From an uncultured Eubacterium sp. (GTDB taxonomy: Bacteria; Bacillota; Clostridia; Peptostreptococcales; Anaerovoracaceae): a stretch of DNA of 64,000 bases. Positions 53,430 through 63,347 of this stretch are shown piece after piece. Under the pieces are notes generated by a model. That model had not been told where the DNA came from. It made no database searches and was given only the letters and a program-made list of their open reading frames with translations. The position numbers and the translations under genes were made by a program. Position 1 is the first letter of the stretch, and the number at the start of each line of letters is the position of its first letter. Where the stretch lies: the NCBI GenBank assembly GCA_902495595.1, contig CABUXV010000006.1:21566-85565 (forward strand), given 5' to 3'.

Positions 53430-54617
53430 TTATAATACACCTTCATCAATGAGAGCCTGCTCTTCTTCTTCAGACAAACCAAAGATTTCGCGGTTATGCT
53501 GTCCGAGCAAAGGAGGAGCTGATTCTACACCTCCCGGTGTTTCAGAAAGTTTAACTACACAACCCTGGAAATACATGTCTCCAACTGTAGGGTGTTCACA
53601 ATGTACCATCATATCTCTTGCCTGAATATGAGGATGTTCGATTGCTTCCTTAATATCAAGAACAGGACCGCAAGGAATACCTGCTTCATCCATGATTTCT
53701 TCAATCTCTTTCTTGGTATAATCTGCACACCATTCTCTTATTAAAAGCTGCAGTTCAGGTATGTAGTTCTGACATCTAAGGTCATTGCTTTCGTATCTTT
53801 CGTCTTCTAAAAGTTCAGGATGTCCTATAGTGTTTGCAAACTTAGCAAATAATCTGTCATTGCCAACTCCAAGCGCTACGAAACCATCCTTACACCTGTA
53901 TACATCAAATGGAGCAATAGATGGGTCTACGTTTCCGTTTCTCTGCGAAATAACTCCGTCCATAGTATAATTAACAATAGCGTTCTCAAGTAAGCTGAAT
54001 ATAACGTCAAACATAGCTACGTCAATATGCTGACCTTCTCCGGTTCTTTCTCTGTGATAAAGAGCCATACCGATGCCTACCATAAGGTAAATTCCGGCTA
54101 CGTGGTCTGCTACCGATGGACCTACCTTTACAGGGTCTGTTACTTTAAATCCTGTTAAGTTAATCATTCCGCCCATAGCCTGAGCTACGATATCATAACA
54201 AGGTCTGTGAGTAATTGGACCGTACTGACCAAATCCGGAACCTGATGCGTATATGATGTTCGGATTAATCTTCTTAATTGTGTCATAATCAATTTTCAGC
54301 TTTTTAGTAACTCCGCCTCTGTAATTTTCAACCAAAACGTCCGCATCTTTTACCAATTCGTAAAACATTTCCAGACCTTTTTCCGATTTCAAATTCAAAG
54401 TAGCGCCTTTTTTGTTACGATTTACAAAGCCGTAAAATCCACTTTCGCCGCTTTTTTCGTCAATAGGTCCCCAATGACGTGACTGTTCTCCGCCTACCGG
54501 CTCAATTTTAATTACATCTGCGCCGTAATCAGCTAAAAACATCGTACAAAACGGTCCGTTTAAAGCGGATGTAAGGTCAATTACTTTTAAACCTTCAAAA
54601 ACTTTTCCCATGTTCAA
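53430..54617 (-). CDS. Family III CoA-transferase (CaiB/BaiF/FldA-like).
   Basis: MNMGKVFEGLKVIDLTSALNGPFCTMFLADYGADVIKIE. Confidence 0.85.
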   Translation of the reverse strand: MNMGKVFEGLKVIDLTSALNGPFCTMFLADYGADVIKIEPVGGEQSRHWGPIDEKSGESGFYGFVNRNKKGATLNLKSEKGLEMFYELVKDADVLVENYRGGVTKKLKIDYDTIKKINPNIIYASGSGFGQYGPITHRPCYDIVAQAMGGMINLTGFKVTDPVKVGPSVADHVAGIYLMVGIGMALYHRERTGEGQHIDVAMFDVIFSLLENAIVNYTMDGVISQRNGNVDPSIAPFDVYRCKDGFVALGVGNDRLFAKFANTIGHPELLEDERYESNDLRCQNYIPELQLLIREWCADYTKKEIEEIMDEAGIPCGPVLDIKEAIEHPHIQARDMMVHCEHPTVGDMYFQGCVVKLSETPGGVESAPPLLGQHNREIFGLSEEEEQALIDEGVL

Positions 54618-54764
54618 ATTCCTCCATTGCTTTCCATGTTAAATTTTTAACTTATTCTCCGTTTACTATATTATATACAGTAAACGGAGAGTCAATCGAA
54701 TCTTGTGCTGTCATCACATTGTTTTCACATAAACCGGTCAAAACAATTACGTTACGTTACTGTT

Positions 54765-55871
54765 TTACTTAGATTCTCTTGCAGCAGTGATTGCTTCGAT
54801 CATGAGAGGAACTACCTTAAACAGGTCGCCTGTTATACCGTAATCAGCAATTTCAAATATAGGCGCCGTCTCATCTTTGTTTACTGCAATAATTAATTCG
54901 GAATCCTGCATTCCCGCTTTGTGCTGAATTGCTCCAGAAATACCAAGCGCAACGTACACTTTAGGATGTACAGTCTTTCCAGTCTGACCAACCTGATGGT
55001 CTGCCGAAAGCCATCCTGAATCTATGGTTACCCTGGAGCCGCCTACTACGCCGCCTCCAAATGCATCAGCAAGCTGTCCCGCAAGCTCGATACCTTTCTT
55101 AATATCCTTACCGATACCACGGCCTACAGATACGATAATATCTGCTCCGATAAGGTCAACTATCTGTTTAGCCTCTTTTACTACATCCAGAACCTGAGTC
55201 TTTATATCGTCTTTAGTTAATGATACAGGATAGTTTTCAACTACGCATGCATCTGCCTTTTCCTGCGAAAAAGGAGCTTTTTTCATAACGCCCGGACGAA
55301 CCGTGGACATACATGGACGGAATCTCGGGCAGATGATGGTTGCCATCAAATGTCCTCCGAATGCAGGTCTTGTCATCTTCAGGTTAACGTCTTCCATATC
55401 AAACTTAGTGTTTGATAAATCGAGAGTCGATGAAGTTTCCAGGAAGTTTACGTAATTGTTCATGTCTATATCCAGATGTGTACAGTCTGCTGTAAGACCT
55501 GTGTTAAGTCTTGCCGCACATCTAGGGCCGAGGTCACGACCGATATTGGACGCACCTAGTAAAATTACTTCCGGTTTTAAATCCATAGCTACATCGCATA
55601 TTACTTTCGTATAAGCATCTGTAGTGTATACTTCAAGCTCAGGGCTGTCGCATACTATTACTTTATCGGCACCGTATCCGCCTATTTCCTTAGCCAGACC
55701 TTCTACATTATGTCCGAGAAGGATTCCAACAAGGTTTGAACCTCTTTCGTCCGCCAGCTTTCTGCCTTCTGAAATCAGTTCAAAATCTGTGTTCATCAAT
55801 ACGCCGTTTCTCTGTTCGCAAAATACCCAAATATCTTTAAAAGCGTTTATATCTGCACTATTGAAAGCCAT
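54765..55871 (-). CDS. etfA: Electron transfer flavoprotein alpha subunit.
   Basis: 368 aa; FAD-binding C-terminal domain. Confidence 0.85.
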   Translation of the reverse strand: MAFNSADINAFKDIWVFCEQRNGVLMNTDFELISEGRKLADERGSNLVGILLGHNVEGLAKEIGGYGADKVIVCDSPELEVYTTDAYTKVICDVAMDLKPEVILLGASNIGRDLGPRCAARLNTGLTADCTHLDIDMNNYVNFLETSSTLDLSNTKFDMEDVNLKMTRPAFGGHLMATIICPRFRPCMSTVRPGVMKKAPFSQEKADACVVENYPVSLTKDDIKTQVLDVVKEAKQIVDLIGADIIVSVGRGIGKDIKKGIELAGQLADAFGGGVVGGSRVTIDSGWLSADHQVGQTGKTVHPKVYVALGISGAIQHKAGMQDSELIIAVNKDETAPIFEIADYGITGDLFKVVPLMIEAITAARESK

Positions 55872-55886
55872 TGTTCTCTCCTTTCC

Positions 55887-56690
55887 CTAAATAACATGTT
55901 TTTCTAATAAAATATCTGCAAGTGTTTCAGCTGTCTTCTTGTCAGCTCCTTCAAGCATAACGCCAACGCCCTTGAGCGGAGGAGTAAATGACTTGAAGAT
56001 ATTTGTAGGAGAGCCTTTAAGACCAATCTTATCAAGCTCGATAAGCGGTTCATCCTTAAGCGCTTCAAAATCAAGAACGAGGAAAGGCTTTTCATAACAG
56101 TGGTTGATACCGTTAAGAGTCATGTATCTAGCCTTGCTGTCCTGGTCACTGATACAAGTAATTAAGCATGGAGTCTGAACCTTTATCTTCATATATCCAT
56201 CTTCAAGCATACGTTTTACAGTAACATCATTTCCTTCTTTTTCTATCTCAGCAGCATATGAAATCTGAGGCAGTCCAAGCTTTTCCGCAATCTGCGGACC
56301 TACCTGAGCAGTATCTCCGTCTATAGCCTGTCTTCCGCAGAATATCATGTCTTCATCGCTGAGACCGATGTTGTTGATAGCTGCCGATATTATCTGTGAT
56401 GTAGCGAATGTATCAGATCCGCCGAACTCTCTTGCTGAAATAAGCACTGCATCATCAGCGCCCATAGCCAGAAGTTCTCTGAGCATTCCTTCAGCAGGAG
56501 GAGGACCCATAGTTACCGCTGTCACCTGACATCCTGTAGCATCTTTTAATACAAGTGCCTGTTCCATAGCGATTAAATCATCGGGATTGATGATAGTCTG
56601 CATTGACGCACGGTTTAATGTTCCATCCGGATTTACTGCAACTACGCCGGAAGTATCCGGAACCTGTTTTACACAAACGAAAATTCTCAT
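55887..56690 (-). CDS. etfB: Electron transfer flavoprotein beta subunit.
   Basis: MRIFVCVKQVPDTSGVVAVNPDGTL. Confidence 0.85.
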   Translation of the reverse strand: MRIFVCVKQVPDTSGVVAVNPDGTLNRASMQTIINPDDLIAMEQALVLKDATGCQVTAVTMGPPPAEGMLRELLAMGADDAVLISAREFGGSDTFATSQIISAAINNIGLSDEDMIFCGRQAIDGDTAQVGPQIAEKLGLPQISYAAEIEKEGNDVTVKRMLEDGYMKIKVQTPCLITCISDQDSKARYMTLNGINHCYEKPFLVLDFEALKDEPLIELDKIGLKGSPTNIFKSFTPPLKGVGVMLEGADKKTAETLADILLEKHVI

Positions 56691-56706
56691 TCGAATACAC
56701 TCCTTC

Positions 56707-57861
56707 CTACTTATTCATTACCGCTCTGGCAATAACGACTTTATGGATTTCCGAAGTACCTTCGTAAATCTCTGTAAGCTTAGCATCTCTGTACATACGC
56801 TCTAAAGGATAGTCCTTCATGTAACCGTATCCACCGTGAATCTGAAGAGCTAAGTTTGTTACAAAACGAGCGTTTTCAGCTGCGTTTAACTTGCACATTG
56901 CTGCTTCCTTAGTGAAAGGCTTTTTAGCATCAGCAAGATATGATGCTGTATAAACCAAAGCTTTTGCTGCTTCTGTCTTCGTAGCCATTTCAGCAATATA
57001 CCACTGTATTCCCTGAAGTGCTGCTATTGGTTTTCCAAACTGCACACGTTCATGCATGTATTTAACAGAAAGGTCTATAGCCTCGTCCGCAACACCCATT
57101 GCCTGTGCGCCTACGCCGATTCTTGCAGCATCAAGAGCCTGCATGGCAATTTTGAATCCTTTGTTTTTCTTACCAAGCATGTTGGCAGCAGGCACTCTGC
57201 AGTCTTCAAATACAAGCTCTGCGGTTTCCGAACCTGCCAGTCCCATCTTATCCTCGATTTTACCATATGTAAATCCTGGCATTCCCTTTTCCACGATAAA
57301 CGCCGACATACCTCTTGTTCCAAGCTTAGGGTCTGTCATTGCAAATATAACCAGTACCCCTGCTCTTGCGCCTCCCGTGATAAAGCACTTTGTACCGTTT
57401 AATATATATTCATCTGTTTTTTCATCGTACACTGCTACAGTCTTAACACCTGCCGCATCAGACCCTGCATTAGGTTCTGTCAGCGCGAAAGCACCTAATT
57501 CTCCGCCTTTTGTAAGTCTTGGCAGATACTTCTCTTTCTGCTCCGCAGTACCGAAATCAAGTATTGTGTGTGGTGCAATAAGATGAATAGAAAGTGTTGC
57601 AGCTGAAGACATGCATTTTTTTGCAAACTCGGATACTGCAATAACCTTTTCAAGCATACCGCCGCCTGAACCGCCATACTGTTCAGGAACTCCGATTCCT
57701 GCAAAGCCTACTTCTGCCATTTTAGCAAAATTTTCTGCCGGAAATCTGTGTTCAGCATCAATTTCTGCTGCTATCGGTTCCAGCTCTTCTTCCGCAAATT
57801 GTGCAGCCAGCTTTTTTAACATTTCCTGTTCTTTAGTTAACGAAAAGTCCATATTTTTCAT
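56707..57861 (-). CDS. Acyl-CoA dehydrogenase (butyryl-CoA dehydrogenase-like).
   Basis: 384 aa, ...FALTEPNAGSDAAG... Confidence 0.9.
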   Translation of the reverse strand: MKNMDFSLTKEQEMLKKLAAQFAEEELEPIAAEIDAEHRFPAENFAKMAEVGFAGIGVPEQYGGSGGGMLEKVIAVSEFAKKCMSSAATLSIHLIAPHTILDFGTAEQKEKYLPRLTKGGELGAFALTEPNAGSDAAGVKTVAVYDEKTDEYILNGTKCFITGGARAGVLVIFAMTDPKLGTRGMSAFIVEKGMPGFTYGKIEDKMGLAGSETAELVFEDCRVPAANMLGKKNKGFKIAMQALDAARIGVGAQAMGVADEAIDLSVKYMHERVQFGKPIAALQGIQWYIAEMATKTEAAKALVYTASYLADAKKPFTKEAAMCKLNAAENARFVTNLALQIHGGYGYMKDYPLERMYRDAKLTEIYEGTSEIHKVVIARAVMNK

Positions 57862-57975
57862 CCTTTCTTAAAATATTGTACGAAAAAGCAATTTTCATTA
57901 TCTTATTTATAATTGATATAGCAACTGTAAAGTCAAGTAATAATATATTTTTTATTGTTACAAATTTCACATTCA

Positions 57976-58010
57976 TAAAAAAAACACTCACTTAAGGTGA
58001 GTGTTTTTGT
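57976..58010. terminator. Hairpin ACACTCAC-cttaag-GTGAGTGT flanked by A8 and T5.
   Basis: Sits downstream of the CDF gene. Confidence 0.6.
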
Positions 58011-58025
58011 ATGGAAATGTATATA

Positions 58026-58919
58026 TTATTCTATCTCAGGGATTATTTCAAGATACACATTATCATATGATTTGGATAACTCTTCAATTATTTCATCATG
58101 CGCATACTTTAAATTGCTTATACTGACCAGATCCCCTTCTGGAGTTATGTATACCTCTATCCAGATTTTTCTTCCGGTTTTAATGATATCTAAAAATTCT
58201 ATATCATATTTATACTTTTTTAATGCTTCATATGCCTTTTGCCTTATATTATCAACAATCTCCTTTTTGGGAGCAAACAGTATCAGATTTTTAATGCTTT
58301 CCGCAAACATAACTATCGGCTCTCTTATTAAAGTGACAGCCATTATTAAGGCAATAAGAGGGTCTAAATAAGGCGAAATCCATCCAAATGAAGTTCCCTG
58401 CAGTATTATTTGAATAATAAAGGCTATTCCAACGCCAAATGTGCTTAATGAATCTATTCTCCACATACACAAATCAGCTTTTGTCGTAGGCGAAGAAAGC
58501 TTTTTATTCATATGCCGAAGTATAAAATACATCACGAGCCCTAAAACCGCCATTGATATTTCAAAGGTTGCAACAGCCCCGGCGTTGATATTATGCCCCC
58601 CTGACATAATCAGTCTTATATTATCTATAACAAGTTTAACCGTAATTGCTATTAAAGCTCCGTATTTTACTATTAAAAACAATGATTCAACCTGAGAAAA
58701 TCCATAGGGTCTTTTTTCTGTAACAGGCTGATACAGAAGCGGTACAAGCATCATAAAAGGTCCGAGCATAATAATATCTGCAATATCGAACAGACAATCC
58801 ATTATAACTGCCTGCGAACGGCTTACAAAAGCCATTATTATTTCTGCTATCAGAAGCAGCAGCGAACCTGTAAAAGATACTTTTAAGATAAGTTTCTCCA
58901 TCCGCAAATCTTCATCCAC
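58026..58919 (-). CDS. Cation diffusion facilitator family transporter.
   Basis: 297 aa: six transmembrane helices plus a C-terminal cytoplasmic domain. Confidence 0.85.
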   Translation of the reverse strand: MDEDLRMEKLILKVSFTGSLLLLIAEIIMAFVSRSQAVIMDCLFDIADIIMLGPFMMLVPLLYQPVTEKRPYGFSQVESLFLIVKYGALIAITVKLVIDNIRLIMSGGHNINAGAVATFEISMAVLGLVMYFILRHMNKKLSSPTTKADLCMWRIDSLSTFGVGIAFIIQIILQGTSFGWISPYLDPLIALIMAVTLIREPIVMFAESIKNLILFAPKKEIVDNIRQKAYEALKKYKYDIEFLDIIKTGRKIWIEVYITPEGDLVSISNLKYAHDEIIEELSKSYDNVYLEIIPEIE

Positions 58920-59008
58920 AATTTCACATCCTTCCTTTGCATATAATTATACACCTGCTTATCTGTACTATGTTGCGGGATTTAACGGACAAATATGACC
59001 TAAATGCA

Positions 59009-59038
59009 TAAAAAGCAGCATATAAAATGCTGCTTTTT
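59009..59038. terminator. Hairpin AAGCAGCAT-ataaa-ATGCTGCTT followed by a T-run.
   Basis: Sits downstream of the HD hydrolase gene. Confidence 0.6.
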
Positions 59039-59041
59039 AGA

Positions 59042-59695
59042 TTATTTCTCATCTAAATCAAAATCTATTCTGCCTTTGTTTACATTTGGTTTAATAAAAT
59101 TTTCATATGAGTACTGCCAAAGTTTTTCCGAACCCAAAGGAGTGTTTTTATTTCTGTTTAAAATCTGTGATAGTTTCACACCTCTTTCTTCCCAGCTCTT
59201 TCCTTCAGTCATATTATTCAGCATTACCGGCTGAAAATTATCCAAAGCTCTGGCGAATCTTGCCTCTGCGCTGGTACCTGCCTCAAATTCTTTCCAAAGA
59301 TTAAGAAATTTTAAAGCCTGCTTCTCTGGAAGAATATTAAAAATCCGGTCCGCAGCTTTTCCCTCCCGATTCTGCTGAGATTCCTTTCCCTGCTCATCAT
59401 ATGCATATGTGTCCCCTGCATCTATTTCCACTATGTCATGAATCAAAATCATAGATATTACTTTAAGCAAATCTATTTTATCATTGGAATACTCTTCCAG
59501 CACCATTGCCATAACAGCCATATGCCACGCGTGTTCCGCATCGTTTTCCTTTGTTATTCCATCAGAAATATATGTCTGTCTTTTAACAAACTTTTCTTTA
59601 TCTATTTCTTTGCAGAAATCCATTTGTCTTTCAAAGTCACTTTTATTCAAAATTCCCTCCTGCTTATTAAGCGGATACAGGTTTAAAAGATTCAA
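59042..59695 (-). CDS. HD-domain phosphohydrolase (YfbR-like).
   Basis: HD motif at AWHMAVMAMVL...IHDIVEIDAGD. Confidence 0.7.
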   Translation of the reverse strand: MNLLNLYPLNKQEGILNKSDFERQMDFCKEIDKEKFVKRQTYISDGITKENDAEHAWHMAVMAMVLEEYSNDKIDLLKVISMILIHDIVEIDAGDTYAYDEQGKESQQNREGKAADRIFNILPEKQALKFLNLWKEFEAGTSAEARFARALDNFQPVMLNNMTEGKSWEERGVKLSQILNRNKNTPLGSEKLWQYSYENFIKPNVNKGRIDFDLDEK

Positions 59696-60656
59696 AAGCC
59701 AGTTTAATTTCCGTATATTCTCCGATTTTCGAATCTACGCTTATATCTATTTTAAGATGACCGCACAGTTCCTTTACAATATAAAGCCCCATTCCCGTAC
59801 CGTTTCCTGATAAGTTGCCGTTTGTACCTGTAAATCCCCGGTCGAATACCCGGTTTATTTCATAAGAATGAATTCCTATGCCATTATCACGTACAATTAT
59901 AACACCTCTTTCAGAATCAGCTTTAAGCTCTACATGACATTTTAAGCAATACTTGCTGCAGTTTACAAGAATCTGTTTAAAAATAAAAATCAGGGATTTT
60001 TCGTCCGTATAAACCTTGAAATCTCCCGAGATATCAACACTAATACCTGCACTTATAAGAAGCTCCATCTGGCTTTTTACAGCTATGTTCATTGCGTTTG
60101 AAACTTTTATTTCCTTTATTTGAATATCATTTTCAATAGTGCGCATACGACCATAATATAAAATACTTTCGGTCAGATTATCAGCCCGCTTCAGTTCCTT
60201 TTTCAGTTTTATAATATCAGCCTTATTATCCAATATAAGGAAGCACGCCGTAAGAGGTGTTTTTATTTCATGCACCCAACTTTCCAGATAATCCTGATAC
60301 TCTTCCTTTTCTCTGACTGCATTTTCCACTTCGTTTATAGCTGAACGGGAAACGGTCTTCATTATTTCATAATATCTTTTTTCTGCCGGATTTAACGGCA
60401 TGGGCAAAATTTCACCTGCCAAATATTTATCCCCAACCTCGTCAAGAATTCTTTCCAGTTTTTCGAGCCTGCGGTTTTCAAAGATAAAACTGCAAACTAT
60501 CCATCCCAATATTAGGAATGAGATAAATGTAAAACTCAAAAATATTATCCCTTTATCAGCCTCCGCTGCAGCCATTGAGACTACCAGTACAACCGTTCCT
60601 ATCCCCAGAAAACATAAAGTTACACCCTTTGACAATATATAATCTTTTATGTTCAT
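59667..60656 (-). CDS. Intramembrane-sensing histidine kinase (BceS-like).
   Basis: Two N-terminal transmembrane helices; H-box and HATPase motifs. Confidence 0.8.
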   Translation of the reverse strand: MNIKDYILSKGVTLCFLGIGTVVLVVSMAAAEADKGIIFLSFTFISFLILGWIVCSFIFENRRLEKLERILDEVGDKYLAGEILPMPLNPAEKRYYEIMKTVSRSAINEVENAVREKEEYQDYLESWVHEIKTPLTACFLILDNKADIIKLKKELKRADNLTESILYYGRMRTIENDIQIKEIKVSNAMNIAVKSQMELLISAGISVDISGDFKVYTDEKSLIFIFKQILVNCSKYCLKCHVELKADSERGVIIVRDNGIGIHSYEINRVFDRGFTGTNGNLSGNGTGMGLYIVKELCGHLKIDISVDSKIGEYTEIKLAFESFKPVSA

Positions 60657-61264
60657 AGTCTGTACCCCGTACCCCTAACCGTACGTATATATCCTTTAGC
60701 TCCCAGCTTTTTTAACTTTTCCCTCAAACGGCTTATATTTACATATAGAGTGTTTTCATCAATATAGAGGCTGTCATTCCACAGTTCTTCTATTATTTCT
60801 TCTTTGCGGCAAAGGTCGTGTTTCATAAGACATGCAAGTATCCTCGTCTCATTTTTTGTAAGTTCTGTACTTTTATCTTCAAATGAAACCGTCATGTCCG
60901 AAAGATTTAAGCTTAATTCTCTGCACGTCAGAAAAGATTTGTCACTTCGTTTCAGAAATCTCGCAATCCTAGCCAATAATACAGATGAATTGTAAGGCTT
61001 TCTTATATAATCATCTGCCCCTACTCCAAATGCCAATATCTCATCTTCTGCTTTATCTCTGGCGGTTAAAAATATAACCGGTATATCCGACTGCTGTCTT
61101 AGCTTTATGCATATTTCATAACCATTTTCCTGCGGCAGGTTTATATCAAGCAAAGCTAAATCACACGGAGGTTCACAGACAACCATATATCCATTAGTCC
61201 TCAGAAGAACGGTCAGCTCTTTTTTTATACTCTCATCATCCTCTACAAGCAATATACGCTCCAC
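60653..61264 (-). CDS. OmpR-family response regulator (BceR-like).
   Basis: MERILLVEDDESIKKEL...; winged-helix C-terminus. Confidence 0.85.
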   Translation of the reverse strand: MERILLVEDDESIKKELTVLLRTNGYMVVCEPPCDLALLDINLPQENGYEICIKLRQQSDIPVIFLTARDKAEDEILAFGVGADDYIRKPYNSSVLLARIARFLKRSDKSFLTCRELSLNLSDMTVSFEDKSTELTKNETRILACLMKHDLCRKEEIIEELWNDSLYIDENTLYVNISRLREKLKKLGAKGYIRTVRGTGYRL

Positions 61265-61361
61265 TTTAATACCTCGCTTATCTGATATATTTATTTTAAG
61301 TTTAATTCAGTATGTTAATTATGTCAAATGGGATAAACAGACGCTGCTTATATACATTACT

Positions 61362-63347
61362 TCAAGTTTTTTGTCTTGAAATCACATTTCTTTTTGCTAC
61401 AAGGTATGTTGCCATAAAGTACAATGTATAAATTATAACGGCAGCAATAGTTATTATAAATGAAATCATATATATCTTAGTATATTCTTTATCTATGCCG
61501 GCCATCTGCATTATCTCTGCACATAGATACGATACCGGAAAACTCATAATAACCGGAAGTGCAAAAGGCAGAAAGAAAAAGCTGAATATCTGCCTGAATA
61601 AACTTCTGCACTGCTGCTTTTCACCTGCTCCAAGCTGAAACAGTATACTGTATCTCCTTTTATCTTCATTTATTCCCGAAAGGGTTTTAAGAGCTATTAC
61701 CGCCATTGCCATAAGTATAAATACTACTGCAATATACAGGGCTCCCGTTACAAATACAGCAGAGAAGTTATTTCTGTCAATTCGCTCATATTCTTTTATA
61801 TCATATTGGCTGTTCAAATAATTGTATGAAACTCCTCCGCTTTCTTCCCTGATTTCATAAGATAATTCACCATGCATAGATACGGCATCATATCTCTCAT
61901 TTTTAAGTGTATAGCTTATACAGTTTCCTTCAATATCCAGTCCTTTTACTGCTTCATCCGGAACCACAGCGGTAAAATAATCCATGAATACTTTTGCATT
62001 TTCTATCATTCCCTTATATTTATACAATTTACCTCCAAGAGAAAGCTCTGCATGAGAGAAATCATTACTTTCAACTTGCGCACCCGTTCCTGGCACAATC
62101 ATAAACTCACCATTTAATTCAATAGGCCTATTTCCAAGCGCTGTCCATAATCTGTTGAAATCACTTTCGGAAATAACAGTGTCATTCAATCCTCCATATC
62201 CTTGACCCGACCATTTTGTGAACCCATGCAAATAATTATTTCCCGTATCATAAATAACATAAGGAATTTTTTTCTCTATATCATTGTATTTTTCTATTAT
62301 TCTCTCTCCCTCTTCAACACTTATAGGGCTTATACCGTCTCCCGTCCGAATACTGTCTTTCATCAAGGTTATATCAAAAGGATAATTTTTTTCTATACTT
62401 AGTTCATCACTTATCTTTTGACAAAAGGCAACATTCGCGCCTATAATAGCGAATGCTATAAGAAAAGATATTATTCCTGCTATTACAGCGTTTGAGTTTA
62501 GCTTTCCCGAAAGCTGTCTCAATGTAAATGTATTTGTACCTTTACTGCAAAATCGTTTATTTTTCAGCATTATATTAACAATACTCTTGGATGCAGCTAT
62601 ATGAAATACTATAAGAGACAACGAAAAAACAACTATGCTCACAATCATCATGTTCCCTGAGCTCATACCTTTGATAAGAGATTTTGCATCTGAATTAAAC
62701 ATAACCAATGATACAGCCATCGCTGCCAAAGAACATAAGGAAAAAGTCATCCAAAGTGCAGGATATCTAACGCTCCTTTTTACATGCCTGTCCCCGTAAA
62801 TCAAATCATATATTTTTACATTCTTCAGATAAAATGCTGATGTCAGCGATGACAATACAAAAACACCCAATACTAAAATTATCGTAAGAATCAGACCTTT
62901 AACAGAGTAATCGGCCATTGTTATATCTATTTCCATAAGTTTTGTAATAAAAGCCATCATCGCCTGATAGATAAACAACCCTGCACCTATCCCGGCAGCC
63001 AAAGCTGTAATACACATGAACATGGTCTCTGCAATAAAAACAGAAAGTATGTTCTTCCTTGTCATTCCTAAAGTAAGATATGTTCCAAATTCTTTTTTTC
63101 TCAGTTTAAGCATAAACGATGTTGCATATCCCAGAACAAAGGCAACTATCAAAGATACGAACACCGTAATTATTATAAGCCCGGATGCAAGGTTTTCCAT
63201 AGTCTCCGCTTTTTCAATCATTTGCCTGCTGAAAATAACATTGTTTACAGAAAATATTAAAGACACTGTCATAGCCACTGTTATAAAGTAAATAAGATAA
63301 TTTCCCATCTGCCTTTTTACATTTCTTAAAGCGATTTTAAAGAACAT
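61362..63347 (-). CDS. FtsX-family ABC transporter permease (BceB-like). Probable start MFFKIALRNVKRQ.
   Basis: About 660 aa, 10 transmembrane helices, with a large extracellular loop. Confidence 0.8.
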   Translation of the reverse strand: MFFKIALRNVKRQMGNYLIYFITVAMTVSLIFSVNNVIFSRQMIEKAETMENLASGLIIITVFVSLIVAFVLGYATSFMLKLRKKEFGTYLTLGMTRKNILSVFIAETMFMCITALAAGIGAGLFIYQAMMAFITKLMEIDITMADYSVKGLILTIILVLGVFVLSSLTSAFYLKNVKIYDLIYGDRHVKRSVRYPALWMTFSLCSLAAMAVSLVMFNSDAKSLIKGMSSGNMMIVSIVVFSLSLIVFHIAASKSIVNIMLKNKRFCSKGTNTFTLRQLSGKLNSNAVIAGIISFLIAFAIIGANVAFCQKISDELSIEKNYPFDITLMKDSIRTGDGISPISVEEGERIIEKYNDIEKKIPYVIYDTGNNYLHGFTKWSGQGYGGLNDTVISESDFNRLWTALGNRPIELNGEFMIVPGTGAQVESNDFSHAELSLGGKLYKYKGMIENAKVFMDYFTAVVPDEAVKGLDIEGNCISYTLKNERYDAVSMHGELSYEIREESGGVSYNYLNSQYDIKEYERIDRNNFSAVFVTGALYIAVVFILMAMAVIALKTLSGINEDKRRYSILFQLGAGEKQQCRSLFRQIFSFFFLPFALPVIMSFPVSYLCAEIMQMAGIDKEYTKIYMISFIITIAAVIIYTLYFMATYLVAKRNVISRQKT

